A stretch of 64,000 bases of DNA from Eubacteriales bacterium (GTDB lineage Bacteria; Bacillota; Clostridia; Oscillospirales; QAKW01), in the NCBI GenBank assembly GCA_045541455.1, contig JAZQJA010000012.1:178-64177 (forward strand). The letters are read 5' to 3'. Below, piece after piece: positions 11,009-19,729 of the stretch. A program made the translations under genes and the position numbers. The notes under the pieces are model-generated. The model did not search any database, was not told where the DNA came from, and worked only from the letters and a program-made list of their open reading frames with translations. How positions within the stretch are numbered: the stretch's first letter is position 1; the number at the start of each line of letters is the position of its first letter.

Positions 11009-11029
11009 TGACTTCCCCTAATTTAGTTT

Positions 11030-11056
11030 TTAGCACTCTAACCCTACGAGTGCTAA
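11030..11056. promoter_or_regulatory. CIRCE operator (HrcA binding site)
   Basis: TTAGCACTC-N9-GAGTGCTAA is an exact match to the CIRCE consensus, 22 nt upstream of the hrcA start. An additional half-site, TTTAGCACT, occurs about 10 nt further upstream. Confidence 0.9.
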
Positions 11057-11184
11057 CGCATATAATTTAGCACTATTTTTCCCATTTGTCAACAGTTTTA
11101 TTTAAAAATTTAAAATATATTATTGACAGCCATATATCATTAATATATACTATAAGTAAATAATATAATATAGGAGGGCCATTC

Positions 11185-11409
11185 ATGGCGGAATTTACTT
11201 TTGAAATTAAAGAAACTTTCGGTAAACTGCCGGAAAATTCCAATGGTTGGGCAAAAGCTCTTAATAAGGTTAGTTGGATGGGAAGAGAGCCCAAGTATGA
11301 CCTTCGCGAGTGGTCACCCGATTCATCAAAGATGAACAAGGGTGTTTCTTTCACTGCCGAAGAACTCGTTGCTTTGCGCGACATACTCAACAATATGGAT
11401 ATTAAATAA
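11185..11409 (+). CDS. YdbC-like (PC4-type) small nucleic-acid-binding protein
   Basis: 74 aa. The pattern GW.K.LN.VSW.G...KYDLREW......M.KGVS....EL..L matches the YdbC family as I remember it. Confidence 0.65.
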   Translation: MAEFTFEIKETFGKLPENSNGWAKALNKVSWMGREPKYDLREWSPDSSKMNKGVSFTAEELVALRDILNNMDIK

Positions 11410-11427
11410 TAGTTTAATAAAATAAAA

Positions 11428-11458
11428 ACGGCAGCACTCTGCTGTCGTTTTTATTTTT
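11428..11458 (+). terminator. intrinsic terminator after the ydbC-like gene
   Basis: ACGGCAGC-actct-GCTGTCGT followed by TTTTATTTTTT. Confidence 0.7.
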
Positions 11459-11510
11459 TATCATATACATTATTAATTTAAATGACCGTTAAATTATTTT
11501 AGACTATACA

Positions 11511-11549
11511 AAAAATCTTGCAATGTACCAGCATTGCAAGATTTTTTTA
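11511..11549 (-). terminator. intrinsic terminator after the blaR1-like gene (bidirectional shape)
   Basis: ATCTTGCAATG-tacca-CATTGCAAGAT is flanked by A-run and T-run, 10 nt after the stop at 11559. Confidence 0.7.
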
Positions 11550-11558
11550 ATTTACCTA

Positions 11559-13541
11559 TTATTTATCATATTTTGCCGCTATTTTATCGTATGCATCATT
11601 TCCCAATGCAAATAATGCGTAAGTTCTATAATAGCCCTCAATAATTTCTTTTAAGGTTTGGTCACTTTGACTTAATATTGTAGCAGGATTATGAAATTCT
11701 TTTAAGAGAAAGAAAGTATCGTCAATTTCAATTCCGCGTTTTTTAAGTTCTGAAAGCTGGTCGTCTGTAAACCATTTATTTTGATTTGCACTGGATCTTT
11801 CTTTATCGTACGCTTGTTGTTTACCTATTGTCCAATCACTTAAATCAACATTTTCGAGTTCGGGATACATTTCTTTTGTCATTGAAATCATTTCATTATC
11901 AAGTAACCACGTTTTTTCAATAGTTTGATATTCGTAATACGTAATATCAAAATCGGTTATTCCGTGTTGTTTAAGATCTTCAATAATCACATCTTTATTT
12001 GCAAGTGTTTCTATTTTCGGAGAGTAAGCAGGCGCTATATTCGATGGGTTGATTCTTGGAAACTCAATGCCCATTGAAGTTTTTTGGTATGTTGTTTGTT
12101 CTAAAATATGTTTATTTTGCTCTGTTGGGTTTAACAGTGCCTCGGTTACCTCTTGTGCCGTGATAGCCTCAACGTCAAATTCACTCGAATCGGCAAATAC
12201 AACTTTTGATTTATAAAGCCAATAGTTTGAAATGTTATTATATATTTCCTTGGCATTTTTGGGGTTTATTACTTTATAACTCAGGGTTGGTTTTACTCCG
12301 TCGTTTACCCATACCGATTTAAAATTAGAATCAAAGCAAATGTAAAGCCCTTCTACATATGAATACACAGCATTAACCGAAGCATTCTCTTGTGTTGACT
12401 GCAATACCAATGTATTAGTTGCATCTCTATCTTCATCACGGTTTAATGAAATTTCTTTTTTAGATATTTTTATATCGGAAAGTTGCTGTAACAACTCTTT
12501 ATCAATAGAGCCTACTGAACGATATTCTCTACCATAGGATACAAATATTGTTGTAGTTTCGGTTATTGAATCATAATTTGAATTTTCTATGTTTTTAAGG
12601 GTTGTATTATTCGGGTTAGTTAAAAAGCATACTGCTAAAATAATGCTTGTAGCAACTGCGGCTATAATTAACCAAAAAGCAGGCTTTTTATAATTTAAAA
12701 CTGATTTTACCCTGTGTTTTACGCCTACCTCTCCAAAAGCAAGAGGACAAGCTGAGATTATACGGCGATTAACACTACAAGTTAAAAGTGCCTCGGAATA
12801 ATCCGCCTTTTGCTCGTTTGAGAAGTCCTTTACTACTTTTTGGTCACAGGCAAGTTCAATATCCCTGCACAACAGCACATAGCCAAGCCACATAAGCGGG
12901 TTGAACCAATGCAGCGTTAACATTAAAAACCCGATAAGTTTCCACAAATAGTCTTTACGCTTTATATGTGCTTTTTCGTGATCAATAACGTAAAGCATAT
13001 CCTGCTCGTTCATACTAAATGGCAGATAAATTTTAGGCTTTATAATACCAAGGACAAATGGTGAAACAACATTTTCGCTTTGGTAAATGTTATCATTATA
13101 TAATACAGCGATACCTATTTTAGATTTTAAACGAAGATAGCTTATGAGTAAATAAACAAGCAACACCATAACGCCCAAAAGCCATAGGCTTGATATTACA
13201 GGAATAACAACTTGCAACGGATTTACACTCGTATCAAGTTGCGGTGTAAAAGATTCTGTAATAATGGGGTTGATTACATTATCAACAGCAGCAATACCAA
13301 TATCAATTTGAGGAGTTTTATCCATCATAATTGTAGGACTTATAGTTTCAGCGCTTGGAATAAGACTTAAAACACTCTCAAATGAAAACGGCATTATAAG
13401 GCGGAACCCAACAACACCCCACAGCACAACATTTATCCATTTTGGAGCCTTTTTAAAAAGCAACCTAAAAACTAATACTGCAACTACTATCCAGCTTGCC
13501 GAAATACTCATATTTAACACTTTTAAAAATATGTTAATCAT
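11559..13541 (-). CDS. BlaR1/MecR1-type M56 family peptidase signal transducer with a non-PBP C-terminal domain
   Basis: N-terminal multi-TM region with the M56 zinc motif HEKAHIKRKD, a further TM, then about 350 aa of extracytoplasmic sequence. I see no SxxK/KTG penicillin-binding motifs in it. Confidence 0.8.
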   Translation of the reverse strand: MINIFLKVLNMSISASWIVVAVLVFRLLFKKAPKWINVVLWGVVGFRLIMPFSFESVLSLIPSAETISPTIMMDKTPQIDIGIAAVDNVINPIITESFTPQLDTSVNPLQVVIPVISSLWLLGVMVLLVYLLISYLRLKSKIGIAVLYNDNIYQSENVVSPFVLGIIKPKIYLPFSMNEQDMLYVIDHEKAHIKRKDYLWKLIGFLMLTLHWFNPLMWLGYVLLCRDIELACDQKVVKDFSNEQKADYSEALLTCSVNRRIISACPLAFGEVGVKHRVKSVLNYKKPAFWLIIAAVATSIILAVCFLTNPNNTTLKNIENSNYDSITETTTIFVSYGREYRSVGSIDKELLQQLSDIKISKKEISLNRDEDRDATNTLVLQSTQENASVNAVYSYVEGLYICFDSNFKSVWVNDGVKPTLSYKVINPKNAKEIYNNISNYWLYKSKVVFADSSEFDVEAITAQEVTEALLNPTEQNKHILEQTTYQKTSMGIEFPRINPSNIAPAYSPKIETLANKDVIIEDLKQHGITDFDITYYEYQTIEKTWLLDNEMISMTKEMYPELENVDLSDWTIGKQQAYDKERSSANQNKWFTDDQLSELKKRGIEIDDTFFLLKEFHNPATILSQSDQTLKEIIEGYYRTYALFALGNDAYDKIAAKYDK

Positions 13542-13543
13542 TA

Positions 13544-13909
13544 CTATTCTCCTCTCCTGAATCGATCAATCATTTCTTGCACCGCATCTATTTCCTCATT
13601 AGAAATGTTTCGATATTTTGTAAAAGCTGCAACAAATGCAGGAAGAGAGCCTTCGAAAGTTTTTTCTACCATCTCGTCAATTTGCGACGCCTGTACTTCT
13701 TCTTTACTTACAAGCGCGGTTACAACTGTGTTTTCGTTTTTTAACACTCCACGCTCTGACAAGCGCTTAATTACGGTATAGGTAGTGGTGGGTTTCCAAC
13801 CGAGTTGTTCTTTACAAAGACTTACAAGTTCACTGCTTTTAACAGGCTGATGCTCCCACAAAATAAGGCAAAATCGATATTCGCTCTCAAATATTTTTGG
13901 TATTTCCAT
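13544..13909 (-). CDS. BlaI/MecI/CopY family transcriptional repressor
   Basis: 121 aa winged-helix repressor (E...ILWE..P....EL ... KPTTTYTVIKRLSERG) lying 2 nt upstream of the M56 gene. GGGAGG SD. Confidence 0.85.
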   Translation of the reverse strand: MEIPKIFESEYRFCLILWEHQPVKSSELVSLCKEQLGWKPTTTYTVIKRLSERGVLKNENTVVTALVSKEEVQASQIDEMVEKTFEGSLPAFVAAFTKYRNISNEEIDAVQEMIDRFRRGE

Positions 13910-13936
13910 AACAAAAACCTCCCTTAATCTAATTCA

Positions 13937-13956
13937 TTAGAGTATATATACTCTAA
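13937..13956. promoter_or_regulatory. candidate BlaI-type operator overlapping the blaI promoter
   Basis: TTAGAGTATA|TATACTCTAA is a perfect 20-bp palindrome, 28 nt upstream of the blaI start. A third half-site, CATTAGAGT, is at 13959-13967. TTGACA (minus, 13973-13978) sits 17 nt upstream of TAGAGT, which lies inside the palindrome. Confidence 0.6.
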
Positions 13957-14135
13957 CACATTAGAGTTATTTTGTCAATATAAAAAGGCTGTTTTATATT
14001 ATTAAAACAGCCTAAAGTGAACTTTTTTGTAAAAATATAAAAACTGTCAATAGAACAAGAGCATTATGCCAAGCATAATGTGTCGCAAGACAAATAAAAA
14101 ACACGACCCGAACCCTTATTGTGTTCACAATAAAA

Positions 14136-14166
14136 TTGCCCAACTTCTCATAAGGAAGTTGGGCAA
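14136..14166 (-). terminator. intrinsic terminator after the DUF3810-like gene
   Basis: TGCCCAACTTC ... GAAGTTGGGCA stem followed on the minus strand by ATTTTATT. Confidence 0.6.
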
Positions 14167-14182
14167 AGATGACTTTTTAAGT

Positions 14183-15658
14183 TTAGTTTTGCGGATGATA
14201 TTCGTTATAGGTATCTACAACTGACTGATGGAAATCTTCATCCATTACATAGTAATTTGTAAGATAGTTGCAGAATTTACCGTAATTCTTAGCTTCAACA
14301 TTATCTATCTGGATTTTGCCGCTATCAACACCGTTTTCAAAGTTTACAATAAGAAGTTTTGCAACATCACAGTATGCCGAAGGTTTAAGTTTTTCGTTAG
14401 CCTGAACATACTCAAGGTCACTTGAAAGACCATAAAGTTCGTCAAGTTCTTTGACTACCTGAACATACTCTTTCTTTGCACTCTCTTTAAGAGTGTTTGC
14501 CATATATAAATGGAGGTTCTTTCCGTTTTCTTCATAGAATTTTGAGCTTAATTCTAAATATGCATTAAAGTAGCCTGTATACTGAATATAATAATCATCA
14601 CTGTATTCTGTACAAACAAGGAATGCAATAAATGATGCATCACCATCGTCAGTATAACCACGCTGAACAGCCATTGTTTTAGCCATTTGATAAGCGACAA
14701 TTACCTCAGGATAATCAGTATTTACGCATACCTCAGCAGTGAAAGGCGAATAAATACTTGCGATTTGGAATTTAGAATAAAGATCAGAAAAGATAAGTTC
14801 TTTTGCAGATATTGAGTTACCTTTAAGTGTAGGAATATCCTGCGCTGCGGCATCGAAAGCATCTGAAAGTTTTTTCGCAATTTCTTCTGTAGAACGACCA
14901 ACAGTTGCATATCTCGAAAGACCGTTTGACTTAAAGTAAATGTTGTCAACACCATCATAAAGAGTATTGTTGATACCATCGATAAGGTACAGCATTGTTT
15001 TGCTGAAGTTTAAATTGGTAACCTTACCTGAAAGATATTTGTCCTCTGTTGTGGTAGACAGTTTTGCACGATATGTAAATATGCCGTAACAAAGTGACAT
15101 AAGAAGTGCAAATACACTTGCTACTGCAAGAAGAGTATAGCCAAACTGTACCCAAAGACCGCCCTTGTGGAACTTGCCTTTTACCTGAATAGTTCTGACT
15201 ATTATAAACACTAGGTAAGCAAGTATGCCTACAACTGCAGCACAAATGAGAATTTCAAACATTGAAACAGGAATAATACCAAAAAATGATGAAATACCTT
15301 TTGATATTCCGCCGAGTGCACCTGCAAACGCTTCACCGGTTGAACGGCTGCTTGTAGCAATAAAATATAATACTACACCGACAAGACCGAGGAATATAAA
15401 TACCCATTTTGTAATAGCTGACCACAAAGGTTTCATAAGAAGTGTTTTTATCTTCTCGCCTTTTGTCATATCTATTTCGGGATCTACCTCACCGTCGAGT
15501 TCGTCAAGCTCAAGCTCAAGTTCTGCTTCTGCTGTTGTATCTGCTGCTTCATCAGCAATTACTTCATCAATTACTGCATCTTCAGCCTGAACGGGAACTT
15601 CTTCAACAGGTACCTCATTTACTTCGGCAGGTGTTGTTTTTTCATAGTTTTCGCTCAT
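14183..15658 (-). CDS. DUF3810-like membrane protein with acidic N-terminal extension
   Basis: The N-terminal 60 aa are rich in E/D/V/A, followed by three TM segments. The C-terminal region IYSPFTAEVCVNTDYPEVIVAYQMAKTMAVQRGYTDDGDASFIAFLVC resembles the DUF3810 zincin-like core as I remember it. The HExxH position reads YQMAK. Confidence 0.55.
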   Translation of the reverse strand: MSENYEKTTPAEVNEVPVEEVPVQAEDAVIDEVIADEAADTTAEAELELELDELDGEVDPEIDMTKGEKIKTLLMKPLWSAITKWVFIFLGLVGVVLYFIATSSRSTGEAFAGALGGISKGISSFFGIIPVSMFEILICAAVVGILAYLVFIIVRTIQVKGKFHKGGLWVQFGYTLLAVASVFALLMSLCYGIFTYRAKLSTTTEDKYLSGKVTNLNFSKTMLYLIDGINNTLYDGVDNIYFKSNGLSRYATVGRSTEEIAKKLSDAFDAAAQDIPTLKGNSISAKELIFSDLYSKFQIASIYSPFTAEVCVNTDYPEVIVAYQMAKTMAVQRGYTDDGDASFIAFLVCTEYSDDYYIQYTGYFNAYLELSSKFYEENGKNLHLYMANTLKESAKKEYVQVVKELDELYGLSSDLEYVQANEKLKPSAYCDVAKLLIVNFENGVDSGKIQIDNVEAKNYGKFCNYLTNYYVMDEDFHQSVVDTYNEYHPQN

Positions 15659-15815
15659 GAAAAGTCCTCCTTGAACACATATATATTATATACTATACTA
15701 TTAAAGGGAAAAGTTCAATAGTAAATTTTAATTTTTTATTAAAAATCAACTTTTGTTTAAACATTTTGTTTAAATTAAACATTTCTGCATATAAAATTTT
15801 GTTGATTTTTACAAG

Positions 15816-16658
15816 TTAATTTTCAACTTCAAACAACACGCCCAAGGTGTTCGGACCACAATGGCTGGTGATAACGCAGCCTGCAGTTGTTTCGTATACA
15901 TTTTCAAAATCAAGTGTATTTTTAACAGCTTCTATAACGTTTTGAACCACAGCGGTGTCACATTTGGTATGTGTAACAAAAACGCGGTTTAGTTTAATGT
16001 TGTCTTTTGACAGAACATCTTTTACATAAGTTGCTAAAACTTTTTCGAACTGACCGCGGTATTTTCCGCCCATACCCATAGCACCGTCATTAACCTCTAT
16101 ACGCGGCTTAATTTTTAGCAAGTTTGCGCCAAGTGCTGCAACAGACGAACAACGACCGCCCATATGCAAATACTCCAAAGTATCAGTAACAAAACTTGCG
16201 CGTACCAGCCTTGCTTTTACATTAAGCTTTTCAGCAATTTCTTTTGCAGTTAAACCTTCTTTTACCATATCAGCTGCATCAAGCACCAAAAGGCCTGAAC
16301 CGGTAGAGATATTTGCAGTATCAACAACATAAACATTTCCTATCTCACCAGCCGCAATACAAGCGTTTTGATAACTGGAAGACATTTTTGATGAAATACT
16401 GAGATGAACAACCTCATTACCGTCATCAACATTTTTTTTGAAAAGTGTAATATAGTCGTCAACAGAACCTGCCGATGTTTTGGGAAGCATACTTTTTTCT
16501 TTAACAAAAGCATAAATTTCATCTGGTGTAATATCTACACCGTCGCGATATGATTTACTATCAAGCACTGTATAAAGCGGCATAATAACAACGCCGGTTT
16601 TTTTAACAAGTTCAGGCGATAAATCGCAAGTACTGTCTGCAGTAAGAATAATAGACAT
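15816..16658 (-). CDS. DegV family fatty-acid-binding protein
   Basis: 280 aa starting ILTADSTCDL; typical DegV length and pattern. Confidence 0.9.
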   Translation of the reverse strand: MSIILTADSTCDLSPELVKKTGVVIMPLYTVLDSKSYRDGVDITPDEIYAFVKEKSMLPKTSAGSVDDYITLFKKNVDDGNEVVHLSISSKMSSSYQNACIAAGEIGNVYVVDTANISTGSGLLVLDAADMVKEGLTAKEIAEKLNVKARLVRASFVTDTLEYLHMGGRCSSVAALGANLLKIKPRIEVNDGAMGMGGKYRGQFEKVLATYVKDVLSKDNIKLNRVFVTHTKCDTAVVQNVIEAVKNTLDFENVYETTAGCVITSHCGPNTLGVLFEVEN

Positions 16659-16753
16659 AATATTTCTCCGTTCATAATTTATAATATAATTTTATACAAA
16701 ATATAGATTATTGTCAAGATATACAGCAGTTATTGATTTAACATAAATAACAA

Positions 16754-16783
16754 TTGACTTTTACTATTGTAAAGAGTTATAAT
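16754..16783 (+). promoter_or_regulatory. sigma-A type promoter of fba
   Basis: TTGACT (16754-16759), an 18-nt spacer, then TATAAT (16778-16783). A GGAGGA SD precedes the ATG at 16817. Confidence 0.6.
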
Positions 16784-16816
16784 ATTAAAGCAAATAATTT
16801 AACGGAGGAAGTTTAA

Positions 16817-17680
16817 ATGTTAGTATCTGCAAAAGAAATGATGCAAAAAGCTTATGAAGGTCATTATGCAGTAGGACAGTTCAACATCAACAACCTAGAG
16901 TGGACAAAAGCTGTTCTGCTCACTGCACAGGAAAATAACTCGCCCGTTATTCTCGGTGTTTCTGAGGGTGCAGGTAAGTATATGTGCGGTTACACTACCA
17001 TTGTTGGTATGGTAAAAGGTATGATTGAAAATTTAGGTATCACAGTCCCTGTTGCTCTTCATCTTGACCACGGTTCATACGAAGGTGCAAAAGCTGTTAT
17101 CAGAGACGGTTTTTCATCTGTTATGTTTGACGGTTCGCACTACGGTATTGAAGAAAATATTGAAAAAACAAAAGAGATAATTGCTCTTGCCAATGAAAAG
17201 GGTCTTTCAGTTGAAGCCGAAGTTGGTTCAATCGGCGGCGAAGAAGACGGTGTTATCGGCAAAGGTGAAGTTGCAGACGCTGCTGAATGCAAACTCATTG
17301 CAGACTTAGGCGTTACAATGCTTGCTGCCGGAATCGGTAACATTCACGGCAAATATCCTGCAAACTGGGCAGGTCTTGATTTTGACGCTCTAAACAAAAT
17401 TTCAGAGGCTACAAACGGTATGCCACTTGTTTTACATGGTGGTACAGGTATTCCTGCTGATATGATTAAAAAGGCTATTTCTATGGGTGTTGCTAAAATC
17501 AATGTTAATACAGAGTGTCAGCTTGCTTTTGCTGATGCAACCAGAAAATATGTAGAAGCAGGCAAAGACCTTGAAGGCAAGGGCTTTGACCCAAGAAAAC
17601 TTCTCGCTCCCGGTTTTGAGGCTATTAAAGCTACCGTTAAAGAGAAAATGGAATTGTTTGGTTCAATTAACAAAGCATAA
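16817..17680 (+). CDS. fba: class II fructose-1,6-bisphosphate aldolase
   Basis: Motifs FNINNLE, LHLDHG, GGEEDG and LVLHGGTGIP; 287 aa. Confidence 0.95.
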   Translation: MLVSAKEMMQKAYEGHYAVGQFNINNLEWTKAVLLTAQENNSPVILGVSEGAGKYMCGYTTIVGMVKGMIENLGITVPVALHLDHGSYEGAKAVIRDGFSSVMFDGSHYGIEENIEKTKEIIALANEKGLSVEAEVGSIGGEEDGVIGKGEVADAAECKLIADLGVTMLAAGIGNIHGKYPANWAGLDFDALNKISEATNGMPLVLHGGTGIPADMIKKAISMGVAKINVNTECQLAFADATRKYVEAGKDLEGKGFDPRKLLAPGFEAIKATVKEKMELFGSINKA

Positions 17681-17694
17681 TTCAATAAAAGTTA

Positions 17695-17730
17695 AAAAAT
17701 ACTTCAAGGCAAGCCTTGAAGTATTTTTTA
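17695..17730 (+). terminator. intrinsic terminator of fba
   Basis: ATACTTCAAGG-caag-CCTTGAAGTAT followed by TTTTTA. Confidence 0.8.
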
Positions 17731-17740
17731 TCACACAGAA

Positions 17741-17768
17741 AAAAAGCAGCCAAACGGCTGCTTTTTTG
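17741..17768 (-). terminator. intrinsic terminator of rplS
   Basis: AGCAGCC-aaac-GGCTGCT is flanked by A-run and T-run, directly after the rplS stop. Confidence 0.8.
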
Positions 17769-18110
17769 TTAGATTTTCTGTTTAACTTTTGCTGACTTAC
17801 CAACTCTGTCACGAATATAGTAGAGCTTAGCGCGTCTAACTTTACCGCGGCGGACAACTTCAACTTTTTCTACCTTGGGTGAGTTTACGAGGAATGTTCT
17901 TTCAACACCTACACCGTAAGCTACTCTTCTTACCTTAAAGGTTTCAGAAATACCACCGCCGTGTTTAGCAATGATTGTACCCTCGAACACCTGGATTCTT
18001 TCACGGTTACCCTCTTTTACTTTTACACTAACACGAACAGTATCACCAACATTCAAAGTAAACTTGTCAGCTCTGATTTGCTCGTCAGTTACAGCTTTCA
18101 AATAATCCAT
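17769..18110 (-). CDS. rplS: 50S ribosomal protein L19
   Basis: 113 aa with the L19 sequence [11 protein letters not shown] ... [25 protein letters not shown] ... GVERTF. Confidence 0.97.
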   Translation of the reverse strand: MDYLKAVTDEQIRADKFTLNVGDTVRVSVKVKEGNRERIQVFEGTIIAKHGGGISETFKVRRVAYGVGVERTFLVNSPKVEKVEVVRRGKVRRAKLYYIRDRVGKSAKVKQKI

Positions 18111-18207
18111 TGTAACTTCCTCCTTGATTAATTTACAGGATATTCACAGGCATTCATGCGAGCAAAGCAGAGGACTGCCCGTTGGAATTTCTTCCATAAT
18201 CTTTAGT

Positions 18208-18236
18208 ATAATAACACAAGTTAATTCAAATTGCAA
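18208..18236 (-). promoter_or_regulatory. sigma-A type promoter of rplS with a roughly 95-nt leader
   Basis: On the minus strand: TTGCAA (18231-18236), a 17-nt spacer, then TATTAT (18208-18213) with TG at -15/-14. This leaves about 95 nt of 5' UTR containing several short hairpins. Confidence 0.55.
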
Positions 18237-18244
18237 CTATTTTT

Positions 18245-19039
18245 TTAATTTTCTTCGATATCTATTTTAACTATCTCCGGGAAGTTGTTAATACGAAACG
18301 GAGGCATAGTATTTCCGATGCCGCCTGACAGCACCATTGTCGTGCCGTTTTCTGTATAAGCACCTTTTGAGTATTTAGGAAAAAAGCCTTCTTCATGGGT
18401 AAACAGTGCGCCGAAAAACGGTATACGTATAAGTCCGCCATGTTCGTGACCGCAAAGTACTAAATCTATATCTCGATCTTTAATATTCAATCCACTAAAA
18501 AACTCATACGGCCGATGCACCACTAGTATTTTATAGTTTTTCAATTTTTCAAATACCGACAGCACAGCAATACGGTTTTCTTGTTTTTCTATGCCGTCAG
18601 ACAAACCAAGCACTGAATAATGTTCGAAAATTTTATATTCATTTTCTAACAACACATCTTTACAATCAAGTTTTTGTATAACATTATCTCTTCCCAATGA
18701 CTTTTCGTGATTTCCAAAAGCATAATAAACAGGGGCAATTCTACGCAAACCGTCTAAGGTTTGCTTTGCAATATTAAAATCGGTACGCATACGGTCAACA
18801 AAATCACCGCTTATAATTATCATATCCGGTGATAAAGCAGCCACTTTATCCGTGATGTAAATATTTGAAGGATTATATTTTTTATTATGCAAATCTGTCA
18901 GCAGTACAACACGCAATCTGCCTTTAATTTTTTCGCTTTTCAAAGTGTAACTTTTTACAACTGCGTTATTGTTGTAAATAGCAAGTATTACAGCCAAAAA
19001 TGATATTAAAGCCAGTAATATAAACGAAAGTTGTGACAT
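18245..19039 (-). CDS. metallophosphoesterase (calcineurin-like), membrane-anchored
   Basis: N-terminal TM, then motifs LTDLHN, SGDFVD, GNHE and CGHEHGG. Confidence 0.85.
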   Translation of the reverse strand: MSQLSFILLALISFLAVILAIYNNNAVVKSYTLKSEKIKGRLRVVLLTDLHNKKYNPSNIYITDKVAALSPDMIIISGDFVDRMRTDFNIAKQTLDGLRRIAPVYYAFGNHEKSLGRDNVIQKLDCKDVLLENEYKIFEHYSVLGLSDGIEKQENRIAVLSVFEKLKNYKILVVHRPYEFFSGLNIKDRDIDLVLCGHEHGGLIRIPFFGALFTHEEGFFPKYSKGAYTENGTTMVLSGGIGNTMPPFRINNFPEIVKIDIEEN

Positions 19040-19123
19040 GATTTAAGCCTTTCTTATAATAAAAATTTGACAAATTGTGCAGTATATACTATACTTTGGG
19101 TATAAAACTAATTGGAGGACTAT

Positions 19124-19693
19124 ATGTCAAGAAAATCCGCATCAAAACAAATAGTACTATTTTTAATAGGTAGTGCTGTGAATATATTGATGTTTTCTCT
19201 GTCAAAGTATGCAGGGTTTCCGTTTTGGCTTGACTTTACCGGCACATTTTATATTGCTGCGCTGTGCGGCCCCGTGCTTGCTTTTTTATCATTGGCATTA
19301 CATATTGTTTTACTGACAGTATTAATAGACGGTGTTGTTGCACTATGGCTTGCTTTGCCAATTGCGTTGGTATGCGCAGTAATCATTTTATCCAACAACA
19401 CTATAAATTCGAACAAGAAAACACTGACTTTGGCTCCGGTAATTATAACCGGTATATCATGCGCTTTTGTCGGAAATTTTATAAGTTTTATTTGTTCAAA
19501 AACATTACCCGGCAGGTATTTTGTATACAACGCAGCGTTTGAAGCAATTTGGAATTCACACTCAAAGTTTGTTGCTTCGGTTGTGTTATCTGCGGGAATA
19601 ACAATTTGCGAGTTAGGTCTAAGTTTGATATTATTGATTATAATGTTAATTATTACACCAAAAAATAAAGACGGGCTTACTTTCAGGAAATAA
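19124..19693 (+). CDS. integral membrane protein of unknown function (ECF S-component-like appearance)
   Basis: Five to six predicted TM segments. The FWLDFTGTFYIAALCGP motif resembles S-component/5TMR-type membrane domains. The start is moved to the ATG at 19124, 5 nt downstream of a GGAGGA SD. Confidence 0.55.
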   Translation: MSRKSASKQIVLFLIGSAVNILMFSLSKYAGFPFWLDFTGTFYIAALCGPVLAFLSLALHIVLLTVLIDGVVALWLALPIALVCAVIILSNNTINSNKKTLTLAPVIITGISCAFVGNFISFICSKTLPGRYFVYNAAFEAIWNSHSKFVASVVLSAGITICELGLSLILLIIMLIITPKNKDGLTFRK

Positions 19694-19729
19694 CAGCAAG
19701 GGTACATCAAACGATGTACCCTTTCTTTT
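19694..19729. terminator. bidirectional intrinsic terminator between convergent genes
   Basis: AAGGGTACATC-aaac-GATGTACCCTT is an 11-bp stem followed by TCTTTTTT on the plus strand. It lies between the membrane-protein stop and the argS stop. Confidence 0.75.

Noticed and set aside
11073-11393. 106-aa minus-strand ORF
   Set aside because: It is antisense to the ydbC-like gene, which has a clear family pattern, SD and terminator. The minus ORF would also start inside the hrcA promoter/CIRCE region.
19249-19710. 153-aa minus-strand ORF
   Set aside because: It is antisense to the membrane-protein gene and runs through the bidirectional terminator at 19694-19729, so it is a shadow ORF.
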